Part shown: positions 1 to 12,630 of the stretch, in pieces | Layout of the letters: each line of letters opens with the position of its first letter | How positions within the stretch are numbered: the stretch's first letter is position 1 | Origin: Haliotis rufescens | Lineage: Eukaryota | Direction: 5' to 3' | Assembly: GCF_023055435.1 (NCBI RefSeq) | Contig: NW_025963851.1 | Coordinates: 62,001-126,000 of the forward strand | DNA: 64,000 nt | Notes under the pieces: model-generated | Seen by the model: only the letters and a program-made list of their open reading frames with translations | Told to the model about the DNA's origin: nothing | Database searches by the model: none | Made by a program: the position numbers and the translations under genes

Positions 1-102
1 ATCCTCAAACGGTGTTTCAATTATGGTTTCTGTGTCCTAGTTTCTTCCATTGTTTTTATCTTAATTTTTGAAAGACGGTGTCGTTTCATTTTTTGAAGAG
101 CA
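1..102 (+). mobile_element. Right end/TIR of a Tc1-like element
   Basis: GTGTCGTTTCATTTTTTGAAGAGCA|TA is roughly the reverse complement of the Tc1 left TIR at 34106 (TACTCTTCAAAATAAGAAACG). Confidence 0.5.
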
Positions 103-284
103 TATGTACGTATTTGTATATTTCGGTCAGTTGACAGTGAGATTGATCATATTGTACAAGTTGTTCCGTAAACGAATACGTTATTGCTGTATGAATTAAC
201 GTATATCACCACACTGATCTCACTGACTGTTTGTTTAATGTGCAAAAACAAAATGTGAATACGTTCCAAATCACCTGTTTCGAT

Positions 285-456
285 TTGGCAATAATCCATT
301 GATTGACATCATGAGCATTGATCCACGCAATTGGGATACGATGATATGCATCAACCAAGTCAGCAAGCCTCATCATCCCGTTATTCGCCCCTTACGACAA
401 GCATAGTTAGCTTTGACAGCAAGCATGGGTTGCTGAAGACCTATTCTTCACGGGTC
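285..456 (-). mobile_element. SINE-like repeat, family X
   Basis: Shares the core GGGATCGGGTGGTCAGGCTCGCTGACTTGGTTGA...GCGTTAAACAACAAAC seen in more than 10 copies in the window. Confidence 0.7.
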
Positions 457-845
457 AGCGACGTCATGAATCGGGTGGGAAGACCCGGTTACTTGGTTGA
501 TTGTGTATAATCGAAACTCGACGGCGTGGATAGTTGCTCATAATATCAATAACTGGATTGCCTGGCCCTCTGATTATTTACAGTCCGCCGACTCCGCCGC
601 CAAATAACTGGAAGAATATTGCTGAACGTAGTGTTAAACAAGAAACAAACTCGCCGTGATAATACAAGAATGTTGCTGTGTAAACTAACTAATACTCGTT
701 TATTCATTGTCTTATGTTGAATATTTGTTTACTCGCTAAACATGTCTACAAATTGCAGCTCTGTCTTTCTGCAAATTATTGCAACCTTGCAGTTTATATA
801 CAAAGTCTCAAAGTGTTTAGTTTTCAACGAAACTAGGACTCGGTG

Positions 846-1280
846 TCCATTTTGAACTCCACTATCTCAGTGAGCTGGAACTATAAAACCGGCATTAATC
901 CGGACTTGTAAACGGAGTGGCACACACAATCCTGCACGCACGCACGCACGCACGCGCGCACGTCGCTATATAAGTGCAATTATCTTGATAGCGATGTTAA
1001 ATCGCTGTTTAAAAGTTCAACTTCGCGATTCAGTTTCAACTGAAACCAAGAACTTCCAAAATACCTCCCAGAAACCTCAGGGAAACCGTTCCCCCAAAAT
1101 TGTCAAAGTTTTTTCAATTAAATGTGAAACATGTAGATTATCCCAGAGTAAAGAAACTTTGCGGACAATTCATACGTTGCACCGCACACAATGGTCAGAA
1201 TTAACATTTATACTTGATTCACCCTTTGTAAGCGTATATCTTCCTACAAACGTTATCTCATTATTGTGATAAGCATTGCA
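846..1280 (+). pseudogene. Remnant of the TRIM coding intron (old SINE plus 3' intron) with no following exon
   Basis: Colinear with 8476-9011 and 39926-40498, including non-SINE intron sequence (CATGTAGATTATCCC...ATGGTCAGAATTAACATTTA...CTCATTATTGTG). Confidence 0.7.
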
Positions 1281-1362
1281 TATAGCTGAAATATTTCACA
1301 ACGTTCGAGATACAATGGAGCATGCTCTTTCTAAGAAAATTTCAAAGAGCGTCACACTTTGA

Positions 1363-1640
1363 GTTTTATGGTAGACATGTGGAGGACATTTCCAAATGAC
1401 TTGTTATTTTGACATGTACCATATATTCCCATGGTTTTTTTTCAGGTGAAGAATTGACTTGCATTTGCATGTGTTTGTGACGGCTGCCACCGGTGGGGAA
1501 GTATACGCTCACCTTTACGCGACCACCTGGTATCATCACTATTTGACAGAGATCCAGAAACACCTGCTCATGATACAATCGACTCTGCTTTTAGAAGATA
1601 GTTCTTATGCATATGTAAAAGGGTTTTGTCGGTTTTATTC
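1363..1640 (+). mobile_element. 3' region of a Penelope-like retroelement relic
   Basis: Homologous to 61552-61850, which directly follows a Penelope-type RT fragment. Confidence 0.5.
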
Positions 1641-1740
1641 ATTGGCCTAACCTCCCCTGCGTCCAAAGTATGCCAAATGTCTTGCATACTCGTGAACACT
1701 TCCCCTTGAAGATAACACTGAAACAAGTAGGATATCAATT

Positions 1741-1786
1741 CAGACAAACAGACAGATAGACAGACAGACAGACAGACGGACAGACA
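1741..1786. repeat. (GACA)n microsatellite
   Basis: Direct tandem repeat. Confidence 0.9.
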
Positions 1787-1907
1787 TAACTTTTCAGTGC
1801 AACCTTTCCGATTTAGCACTGGGTGCTAATAAAGCTTAGTTACATTTGGCCAATATTTTTAAAATTTACTTTTACTTTTTATTATATTAACTTACAGTAA
1901 TGCATGT

Positions 1908-2050
1908 NNNNNNNNNNNNNNNNNNNNNNNNNNNNNNNNNNNNNNNNNNNNNNNNNNNNNNNNNNNNNNNNNNNNNNNNNNNNNNNNNNNNNNNNNNNNN
2001 NNNNNNNNNNNNNNNNNNNNNNNNNNNNNNNNNNNNNNNNNNNNNNNNNN
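1908..2050. other. Assembly gap (143 N)
   Basis: Run of N. Confidence 1.
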
Positions 2051-2519
2051 AAGTGCAACGAAATGTGTGTGAACTGAAGTATCATCTGTTTCTATGCATT
2101 GTGTAGAGGCCGGTGGCCTTCCTACAATATACATGATGTACACTTTTGACTTTCATGCGAATTCTACGCTATGTTCATCTGGTTGAAGTATCTATAAACA
2201 TACTGATGTTTGTGTGATGTATCTAAGTAGACATAATAATATTATTATTTTCAATCGGAAGTTGCCATCTATAAATCTGAGAAATATTGGGAGAAAGACG
2301 CATTATGGAAGATTGAAAGATAACATCCTTGATTTTCAAGGATGTAGGCATTTGTTAAACGTTTAATGTATTTTCTTTCTTCCTTTGGGTATACTCATCA
2401 GGTGACACCACCCCACATTTCACAAATGCAACATAAGTCAAGTCCGATCTTTTTGCCCTGCTTGGCCAGTGAACTGTGAGTTGAGGCGTTATTAATCTTT
2501 TCAAAACACCTTCAATAGT

Positions 2520-2735
2520 AAAAGGCGACTATGTTTGTCGTAGGAGACGACTAACGGGATCGGGTGGTCAGGCTCTCTAACTTTTTGATGCATGTCATCG
2601 TATCCCAAATGCGAGGATCGATGCTCAAGGTGTCAATCACTGGATGGTCTGTTCCAGACACGATTACAGACTACCTTCATATAGCTGTAATATTGATGAT
2701 TGTTGTGTTAAACATCAAATAAACAACCAAACTAA
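2520..2735 (+). mobile_element. SINE-like repeat, family X
   Basis: Family X core with AAAC-rich tail. Confidence 0.75.
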
Positions 2736-4200
2736 ACGATCTTCATTAGTTTACAACTTTAGCTTTATAGATAGTGTCACAAGCAACTACAGTCAAACAT
2801 TTGTTCGCGCATCTTTGGCGCGGGCGTGAGAGAAACCGTTGCTAGTCGAAAGGTAATAATCTCAGGAGAGTACTCGCGATCGACACAGCAGCGATTATGT
2901 GGTGAATAAAAACTACTTTACAATTTTATCATGTGATTGGAACTATATTGCCAAAACGTCTGCGTGAAAGCTGTTGTAGATCTCTTGAGTTTGCTTACTT
3001 TATGTTATTGTTTTTTATGGATAAATTGTTTTCATTCTCATGTCATGCAACAAAATGTCCTGTTAAATGGCAAAGTGTTGTATCAGCACTATCTTGTTGT
3101 TCTCAGTAACATAATTACATTATTGGACAATAAAATTGCATATTTTAATTAAAACGGTGTGGTTTAAAATCCAATTAATAAGGTAATAAAATAACTTCCA
3201 ACACTTGCATGGACACGATAATCACATGTGTATAAAACTATCTCAAATTAATCGCTTCCGGCTTGGGTCTTCCATGTGTGTGCAGGCATGGCGTGAGCCA
3301 TTCCTCCACTGGGCTGTAAACCCTAGAATTTCTGAACCTACATCTGTTGACCCTGCTCCCTGCCCCTGGAACTACTATAACTGCTATAAAAAAGATGTAC
3401 GAACAGTTAAAATAATTTGAAACCGCCACCACGACCTTGCATTGAAGTGTTAAATAGTTATATCATTCCTGCCTTTGGAACTGTTTCCACCTTTCAAACA
3501 TCGCAAAACGACTGCCTCTTACATAGTGGGGATATTGCGCCGAGTCGTTTGTGAGATATCCTCTATAGGAACAAATGAAGACTCAATTTAGGACTCCACT
3601 TAAAATACAATGAATTAAATTTATGAATTTAGATTCCTTATTGTTTTCATTTTACATGCATGTAGAAAAACCCTATTTCCAAACATTTTACTTATGGAGG
3701 ATGATGCAGGAAAATTTCACGCTGTTCATTTATTATAATTTTTGGAATAAGTGTGGTGTAAAAATAACCTACACATGATCTAGACATTGTTAAGGAAAAC
3801 TGCACACATATATTCGACCACTTGTGTAATACCGAAACACCTCCAATGGGTACAAACCACTTTAGTTTCAAATGTCGTTGATGTCACACCAGGAAAATCT
3901 GGACTTGGTGACGAATATGTGTGGACGTGCCAGGGTAGTTTCAGAGACCGACCATTTGATATTCTGGGGAATAAGAGGGGCTGGGATTTTGTATCATGAT
4001 TAGTTTGTTTTCTCCAGCCACAGCCACAACACCAGGTGTATATGTTTTCATAGTGATTCGACATTACATTGACTTCCTACCTTGGTTGTATTATCGTCCA
4101 AAGACACAAACGTCGTCACAACATTTTGATTAAAGGTTTTAACAACGTAAGAAAAATATGTTGTAACAACGTTCTGCATTAGTTATACTTTGGTTCACAC

Positions 4201-4842
4201 AACGTTGTAGCAACCAATCTGGCAATGGAGTCTACAGATATACGTTGTGACAACGTAACCTCACAATGTTGTAGCAACCAATCTGGCCATGGAATCTAAA
4301 GATATACGTTGTGACAACGTGACCTCACAATGTTGTAGCAAGCAATCTGGGAGTCTACAGATTATATGTTGTGACAACGCAACCTCACAATGTTGTAGCA
4401 ACCAATCTGGCCATGGAGTCTACAGATATACGTTGTGACAATGTAACCTCACAATGTTGTAGCAACCAATCTGGCCATGGAATCTACAGATATACGTTGT
4501 GACAACGTAACCTCACAATGTTGTAGCAAGCAATCTGGGAGTCTACAGATTATATGTTGTGACAACGCAACCTCACAATGTTGTAGCAACCAATCTGGCC
4601 ATGGAATCTACAGATATACGTTGTGACAATGTAACCTCACAATGTTGTAGCAACCAATCTGGCCATGGAATCTAAAGATATACGTTGTGACAACGTAACC
4701 TCACAATGTTGTAGCAAGCAACCTGGGAGTCTACAGATTATATGTTGTGACAACGCAACCTCACAATGTTGTAGCAACCAATCTGGCCATGGAGTCTACA
4801 GATATACGTTGTGACAATGTAACCTCACAATGTTGTAGCAAC
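4201..4842. repeat. Minisatellite of 64/60-bp units organised as a 188-bp higher-order repeat
   Basis: About 10 units; the short variant starts at 4329, 4517 and 4705. Confidence 0.9.
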
Positions 4843-5249
4843 GAAAATACAACGTTGTAACAAAGGAGAATTGTTTGCTAGGATATCATTGAGCTGACTA
4901 AAAGTACTTACTGCTAGGTGACCTCATTTGCATATTTATCGGATCGAGATACCACGTTTATCGTATTGGTTGATCACATCAACGTCAGTGTCTGGCATCT
5001 GACAACCAGGGTCTGTAATGTCTCCATGGCGTAATCAATAGCCCATGTGTGCGTACATCTGTTCATGAGCAGCGCCATCATGCGGTTTTCTCCAAATATT
5101 TTTTTTAAGATCTATAGATGACATTTCCTAGACGTTCCTATTGGAAGCATAAAATGGGGACAGGGTATCTGATTAGCTGGTTAGGTCAGCGGAACACTCA
5201 TTCCAACACTAGGGTGGTCTCGGAACGATATGGCCTCGACCGCCACATG

Positions 5250-5399
5250 ACTGTCACATGACCAAGGAGTCTGTCGTGAACCTGATATGATTTATTTCGA
5301 CTTGTTCCCGTGCTTATCAGCAAACCTGTCCCGGCCCGGATTGCGTCACTACGTCACACTGTCGCGGGTGGAGAGGCCGTGTCAGGACACAAGGTAAGT
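5250..5399 (+). promoter_or_regulatory. Putative promoter and non-coding first exon of TRIM-A (donor AAG|GTAAGT at 5393/5394)
   Basis: Island conserved at 31575-31711 and 55358-55495 ending in a canonical donor; CRE-like TGCGTCA/TACGTCA; the TRIM ATG directly follows an acceptor, so an upstream UTR exon is required. Confidence 0.55.
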
Positions 5400-7510
5400 T
5401 GGAGTGTTTCACTACAGTGAGACAGAGATATGTAGCATTTTGCTGGAACATACAATCGTTCCTCAAACTGTAGAGGTCCATTGTTTTTCAGAAATAATCT
5501 CCCACTGTGTGAAACTGGTCAGTTTAGTCATATCGAGTGCTGGGAATCTACTCTAACCCAGGTCGAAATGGAGTTACTTTCGGTTTAGATTGTAAGAATA
5601 TTTTACACGTCACCCGTCTCGATTACCCGACTAAACAGATTCCATTGGGCGTAAAATGTAAATAGAAGTGAAAATCATGTGAAACAATCAGTGAAAATCT
5701 GTGATGACACCAGGTGTTCGCGAATCGGGTAAGCATGTCTTGCCCAACCAGAAACAACCGCCAATCACACAATTTTCATGAAAAGATGTTTGTTGCCCGA
5801 CACCCACAGCACTACTTGGTTAGTACCCGGATGGATAATCAAACATTGAGAGTGACTCAGTTGTTTACGATCACCACTTGTTTGTTTATTCCGTGGAAGA
5901 TGCTCCGGCCACCCTGATGGAACCGGAATGATGAAGGGACTGGTCATTTATTATAGGGTGGGTGGGTCGTTGAGTGATGGTTAAGAAAGTATGACACAGC
6001 AAAAGACGTGGGACGCTATTATATCACAATTATATAGAGTTGTATGGTTTATGGAAAATTTTCAGTTCTATTTTGTTTAAAAAATAAATAAAAAAACTTG
6101 ACCATTATTTAATGTAATTTTATTTTCAGTTCTTATTGACGCAAAAAAGTAAAAATAGCAAACATGGAATGTTATTGAAAATATAAGTTTAAATGTAAAA
6201 CCGGTACATGTATGGACTTGAACCACTCCAGTGTGGCAACAATAGTTTTGAAAGAGAGTTTCTTTCATATTATCTCCCTTGACTTAAAAACAGAAAGTAG
6301 AGCAGCATGTACTTTTAGAGCATTGTCCTTTGTGAAAGTTTGAAGAGTATTTAGCATATGTGTAATTCTGTGCTGATGTTGAAATAAATAGCTTTTACTA
6401 TTGATTCTGTCAACAATTCATGCTGTTTGTCATAATATTTGACGTAATACGCAGCTAGACTGATGTCATGAGACCAACATGCTGGAGAACTGTTTGAGTG
6501 AATTCTGTAACATGATACAATCATACAAATCCAGTGACCAGTGTTTCTACAGCTAGAGGAAAATATTTTCTGATGTATATTTATCGTTTTATGAAACCAA
6601 TATCATATATTGCACTTCACATTTTCAAATTAGTTCCTGTCAGACCTTCTCTGGATTTGATAGACATTTACACTGAAGCAACATGGGATGTAGTGTGGGG
6701 TGCTTCCAAAATGTCTGCCTCACATCTATGCCTAATATTAAACCAGTCACTTAAAACTGACAGTATCTATCAGACCCAAACCAGCCTCCGTGCTGTTATC
6801 TTTCCACTGCAAGTGAGTGGAACAGTCTCCCACTTGGACAAAAGGTTTTCCCAACTTTCAAGATCTTTGAGCACCGTTTACAGACTCACCTATACCAGCT
6901 CGCATATATTGACTACACTGAAACCTGGGGCGGCCTGGTTTCGACTCCCGATATCGGTACAATGTGTGGAGCCCATGTCTGGCTTCCCCCGCTGTCATAT
7001 TTCGGAAATTTTCAACAATATAAAACAATATTCATATCATGCGTGTTGAGTTATGTGAAACATATGTGAAACATAATTTCAACCAATTTTGAAATCGACT
7101 ATTCATCTTTTAATTAGCTCAATTCGATCATGTTGATATTTGTTTTTGTCTGATGAAAGAATACAAAATCACTAATTAAAAAGTGAAATGAAGAGGGTAG
7201 AACTGATACGTTTTAGAAACTGATATTGAAAGGTTAGAATTAATATCAGCGAAATCAGTGGATCTATAGTTGTTGCTGAAATTAGCAGTGACAGTGACGA
7301 GAGCTCTTGTGGGTTTCACCAAAGTGGTGAACGTCCTGGATATGCGTCACTTCGGGTTTTCCTCCCACATGAAGCTGACAAGCCCAGATGTAACTGGAAT
7401 ACTGTACACTCGATCTTGATGACGCTGTAAGAATCAACATCGAATGTCGCTAAATGCAGAAGTTGTTATAAATAAAGCTGTATGTTTTCTTCTTTACTCA
7501 CCAACTGCTG

Positions 7511-7670
7511 CAGGCGGTCGGGTAGCCCAGTGGTTAAAGTGTTTGTTTGTCACGCCGAAGGCCGAGATTCCATTCCCGACATGGGTACAATGTGTGAAGC
7601 TCATTTCTGGTTTCCCCCACCGTGATATTGCTGGAATATTGCTAAAAGCGGCGAAAAAACGCCTAGAACG
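7511..7670 (+). mobile_element. Short tRNA-derived SINE, family Z
   Basis: A-box-like TAGCCCAGTGG, degenerate B box, tail GATATTGCTGGAATATTGCTAAAAGCGGCG; partial copies at 6925-7040 (+) and 12061-12150 (-). Confidence 0.75.
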
Positions 7671-7975
7671 CCAATCAAACAGTTAAGTGAAAGACTGTAC
7701 AAAGGAGCGTTGAGCACAACGCACCAACTCATTTATGTAGGACGGAAAGTACAGAGGAACCCGCCTTGCTTTCAACATGTTTAAGTCACTTGTTCAGTGT
7801 TAAATATTCAGATGCATTTTACATGCATAATGATTGGTCACTACTAATGATAACTTATATTGTCATAACTATCAGATATCCAATATTCCACATCACACAA
7901 TACAAATTTATTAACATTCAATCACCAGTCCCTAAAATAAATGAATGATATTAAACAGTTATTCCTTTGTTTCAG

Positions 7976-8285
7976 ATGGCAGCCGCCAGAAAGCTGGAGA
8001 GTCTGAATGAGAACTTCTTGACCTGTTCCATATGTACGGAGGGATACAACGACCCCTGTACTCCTACCTGTGGACACACCTTCTGTAAGGGCTGCCTGGG
8101 GGAATTCCTGAATACCAGACAAGACGCCATCAGAGCCAAGTCCATCCCGTGTCCCTGCTGTCGTCAGATGACCCGAGTTCCAAGGCCTGACAGACCAGTG
8201 GAGGAGTGGGTGAAACAGATCAAGCCCAGTTTCCTCATGCAGGGACTTCTGGACACTCTAGCCTGTGGGGGAAATACTGATCATG
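7976..8285 (+). CDS. TRIM-A coding exon 1: C3HC4 RING domain of a TRIM (TRIM2/3/56-like architecture) E3 ubiquitin ligase
   Basis: TTTCAG|ATG; CSIC...CGHTFCKGC...CPCC; phase-1 donor G|GTAAGT at 8285/8286. Confidence 0.93.
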
Positions 8286-8329
8286 GTAAGTAAATGTGAT
8301 CTAGAAGAAACCGAAAGATGACAATATTC

Positions 8330-8580
8330 TTCCCAAGGGCGTAAGATCCCTGGCCGAAAGTTACCAAAAGAAGTAAAAGACGGTATTAGTTGTCACTCTG
8401 CCTGGTGCAGAGATGAAAAGGATAAAAGAGGGACTGATAGACTTTAAAGTCAGTAAACTGTGCGTGCGTGGGGTATCCATGTTAGACTCCACTATCTAAG
8501 TGAGCTGGTACTATAAAACAGGACCGCACGCACGTCGCGATATAAGTGCAATAAACTTGAAAGCGATGTTAAACGTCTAT
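8330..8580 (+). mobile_element. Old SINE family W copy in the TRIM intron
   Basis: Resembles the reverse complement of 21669-22022; equivalent copy at 39780-40065. Confidence 0.6.
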
Positions 8581-9047
8581 TCTAAATTACACTGTCGCCG
8601 ATTCAGTTTCAACTGAAACCAAGAACCCCAAGTAGAATATCTTATAGGAGATAGACTGTGACGCTGTCATACAGCAGGTTCGCTTTCCTGAATTACCGAG
8701 ATAATACCAAACCAGGTTCAGTCTATGCACGTTCATGCGTCATCAAAATGGTGATGGAAAACTGTTTATTGTAGATAAAAGTAATCAAGACGAAATTGAA
8801 GGGTCACCTATATTTATCAGGATTATCTAGAATACATCTTTGTCATTTCAGTTTTGAAATCTATGCATGTAGATTATCCCAGGGTACAGGAACTTTCCGG
8901 ACACTGTGTACGTTGAGGACAATGGTCAGAATTAACATTTACACTTTATTCTCCCTATGTACATTTATATCTTCCATCAAACGTTTTCTCATTATTGTGT
9001 TAAACATTGCACGGTTGATGTGACAGGTTTATCCATGACTTGTTCAG

Positions 9048-10738
9048 ATACAGAAAACCGCTGCCATCCCTGCCAGGACCTTGGAGAAAGTCATCCGGCC
9101 AACTCCTACTGTCAAGACTGTGATGTGCCGCTCTGTGAGAGATGTGTGAAGATGCATGCATCTCTTCCTAGTACGTCAAACCACGTGATTGCTGGCCTTG
9201 GTGGATCAGTGAAGGTGACCAGACGACAGAGGTGCACGGAACACAACGAAGTCATGGATTTCTGCTGCAAAGACTGTAATAAAGCAATATGTCCCAAGTG
9301 CTGTGTCATATACCACAGGAAATGCGACTCTGTGGTCACTATTCAGTCCATAATGTCTGAGATAAGAAGTGTTCTTACAAACAATAAGGGATTGCTTACA
9401 CTGAGCTTTGACGACACGGAAAGATCACTTCAACAACACAAATCACAGATTGATGAGATCAGCCACAACAAAGACAAAATACAGTCACAGATCAGACAGG
9501 CCTCACAGAAAGCCATGGACGTGATTAAACAGAAGGAGAAACAGCTGCTGGAGGAGCTGAATGAGATGACAGAGAAGCAGTCTGGACAACTGAGGGGGCG
9601 GATAAAGTCAGGGGAAATAGACATGCAGATGTATCAACAATACATAGAGTATCTCACCCAGGTGTTGAAGTCTGGGAGTGAGACTGACATGTTTGACATT
9701 TACCAGATGTGTCAGTCTGGGGCAATCAAGAAGGCAACAGACAGGGATGTCACTTTCACAGACAGTGTTCGTTATTCAAAACTTATATTTGTAAGTGAAA
9801 TAGATGAGAGGAAATTACACAAGGATGTACAACTTGGTAGAATTCAACAGAAGGTTTGTGACGTCATGGATACGCGACTTGGTAAAACACAGAGTGGCAC
9901 ATTTGACGTCATGTGCAGACCAGTGTTACACAAGACAGTCGGCATTAGGGTCGATGGCGACAGGAAGCAGCCGTGTCCATATGACGTCATAGTCCTGGTT
10001 GTCGACGGTGAAGAGACACTGGTGGTCACTGACTACAACAATACATGTCTGAAATCCTTCTACACTAAGAATAACAAATCACGACACAGTAAACTGGATC
10101 TTCCAAGTAAACCATACTCTGTGACGAGGCTGAGGGACAACCAGGTTGCTGTATCATTCTGGTCACACAATGAGATTGTAATAGTACGGGTGACCCCTGA
10201 CCTTGTACTACAGTCACGTGTCACAACAAAGAAGACGTACATGGGTCTGACAGCCTTGAGTCCTTCAACATTAGCAGCAGGTTGTAGGGGTCCTCCCTGT
10301 GTTGATATCCTGGATGTATCGGGGAGAGTGATGAGGTCAGTCAGTAGATTCAACTCTGGGGAGAACCTGATATGTAAGCCCTGCTTCCTCTGTGCTACAG
10401 ACAGGGGCAACATCCTGGTGTCAGATATTGACTCAGACTCAGTCTACTGTATCACACCAGAGGGAGATATTGTGTTCACCTGCACCCCTACAGGAGTGAG
10501 GAGACTGAGAAGACCACAAGGTATCACAACTACCAGCACAGGACACATCCTGGTGGCGGACTCCTGGGCACACAAGGTGGTACTACTGACACCAGCAGGG
10601 AAGTTTGTCACAGACCTGCTGACGTCACAGGATGGAATACGGTATCCATGCGGCTTGATGTTCTGTGATTGTAAACTGTATGTGGTGGAAGGCAATGGAG
10701 ATGCTGTGAAGGAATTGAGCTGCAGTATTCCCCAGTGA
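9048..10738 (+). CDS. TRIM-A coding exon 2: B-box1, B-box2, coiled coil, NHL/6-bladed beta-propeller (spliced protein about 666 aa)
   Basis: CHPC...YCQDC...LCERC...H...H; CTEH...FCCKDC...ICPKC...HRKC; heptad region; NHL-like blades (PQGITTTSTGHILVAD, PCFLCATDRGNILVSD); phase-1 acceptor TTCAG| at 9047 (alternatives 9026, 9053); TGA at 10738. Confidence 0.93.
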
Positions 10739-11039
10739 GACCCCAGGAAGCAAAACATACTCGGATCACGTCGCGGGGAATTTTTTATGATGAATATTCA
10801 GAAATACGCCCCAAATGAACAGTTTGTTTTGTGAAAAATACCCAAGACGCCAACCATATTTGAACATAGATTACAGTGAATGATTGAATATGATAATATG
10901 CAGCTTTTAGCCGTATTCGAGGAACGGGGGCACATTGACCAACCGAACCTGGGAAATCGGCAGGACGAGCCCATACACATGACAAGCACATAATGAATTA
11001 TTAGATTAGTTGTAGTGGCTATTTTCGGTTTGAATGTTG

Positions 11040-11225
11040 GGACAAGACAAGAATAAAGCAGGTAGTAGACGTTTACAACTTTGGAGAAACCCACGAGCAC
11101 GGAAACGGTGCTGACAAACCTAGAAACTTAATCAAGGCCAGTCTGGGATTCAAACCCACAACTGTAGGTGCCTATCACGTCTAAGGGACGCAATTACGCA
11201 ATCAAATCTCGGCGCCACAGGATAC
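11040..11225 (-). mobile_element. tRNA-derived SINE family Y (degenerate) just 3' of the TRIM-A stop
   Basis: Reverse-complement match to 32077-32351; counterpart at 42545-42735. Confidence 0.7.
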
Positions 11226-11711
11226 CACATACGTTCTGTGAGGCAACGGAATTTAACCCTGAATATTGTACTTACTCAAATAGCTACACGTTCACTTTCA
11301 TTATCCAGCAAGACCGTTTACTAGCGTTACTATCAGTAACTCTCGCTGATAATACTTTTACTGGTGCTTGAGACATCCACCTAAGTACTCTATAAACATT
11401 TAGCATGTATTTAATGACTTTAGAACATGTATGTATTTAATCATGTTTCAAGAAATGTCTCCTAAGCTTTACCAGACTGGATTTTGTACAGTTTTATTGT
11501 TTAAATATAATGTTATATTTATATTATGTACAATATGTGACACTTTCATATAATATATCTTATCTTATCTGTTCTTACATTTACTAATGCCTACACACTT
11601 CAGCAATTTGTAGACTGATAGGATAACCACTATCATTAATATGAAAGTCATATTTCATGTATATTGAATAAACTTTTCAGTGACATACGCATTTAAATGC
11701 TCCATCTGTGA

Positions 11712-11875
11712 GTTTGTTTGTTGTTTTACGCCGCACTCAGAAACATCGCAGCTATGTGACGGTGGTCTGTAAATACTCGAGTCTGGAGTCAGCGAGCCTG
11801 ACCACCCGATTCCTTAGGTCGCCCCTAACGGCAGGCATGCTGAAGACCAATTCTAACCAGGGATCTACACGGGGT
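11712..11875 (-). mobile_element. SINE-like repeat, family X
   Basis: Family X core; counterpart at 43160-43305. Confidence 0.7.
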
Positions 11876-12419
11876 TGATGAGCCCTTGATGAAGTCAAGT
11901 TTCACTTTTAACTTTGTACAATGTTTCTTCCATTGTTGTGTGTTTAGTCGCATATCTTCTCATCCATGAGCGCGCTTCGTAATTGAAATTCCATCTGAGA
12001 AAGTAAAGACACATGAATTATCTTCCTTTGACCACGAAGTAGTTGCTGCCAAATGTTCTTTGAGTGAGTGAGTGAGTTTGATTTTACGCCACTTTTAGCA
12101 ATATTCCAGCAATATCACGACGGGGGACACCAGAAATGGGCTTCACGCATAAATGTTCTTTGAAGCAACACATTTCATATATGTTTCCAGGATATAAAAG
12201 AAAAGGATCTTGATTATATATATGTTTGTTATCATCTTTTAACAAAACGTATTTGAACTGTGCTCTAGTTCCATTCACGACTTCGTTTGACAACAAAAGA
12301 AAGGCACTCTAATTGCAGAATTATGTTATACAGTAGTTAACGGGCTACCTGATATTGATCCTGTGAACCCGATGCTTCAATTCTTAATGACATTCACTCG
12401 TTACAGTTTTGACAAAACA

Positions 12420-12630
12420 AAAGGCAACTATGCTTGTCGTGGGAGGCGACTAACGGGATCGGGTGGTCAGGCTCACTGACTTGGTTGATGCATGTCATCG
12501 TATCCCAATTGTGTGGATCGATGCTCATGATGTCCATCCCTGGATTGTCTGCTCCAGACCCTATTATTTACAGACTTCCGTCATACAGCTGGAATATTGC
12601 TGAGTTGGGTGTTAAACAACAAACAAAACT
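12420..12630 (+). mobile_element. SINE-like repeat, family X
   Basis: Family X core; counterpart at 43752-43960. Confidence 0.8.

Noticed and set aside
4201-4842. CRISPR-like appearance of this and other regular arrays
   Set aside because: Units are contiguous with no unique spacers, there are no cas genes, and the context is eukaryotic
6534-7049. 171-aa ORF
   Set aside because: Non-ATG start, no recognisable domain, runs into a SINE, lies in the inferred TRIM 5' intron
8957-9047. N-terminal extension of the 593-aa ORF
   Set aside because: Mostly intron read-through; the real N-terminus is the RING exon
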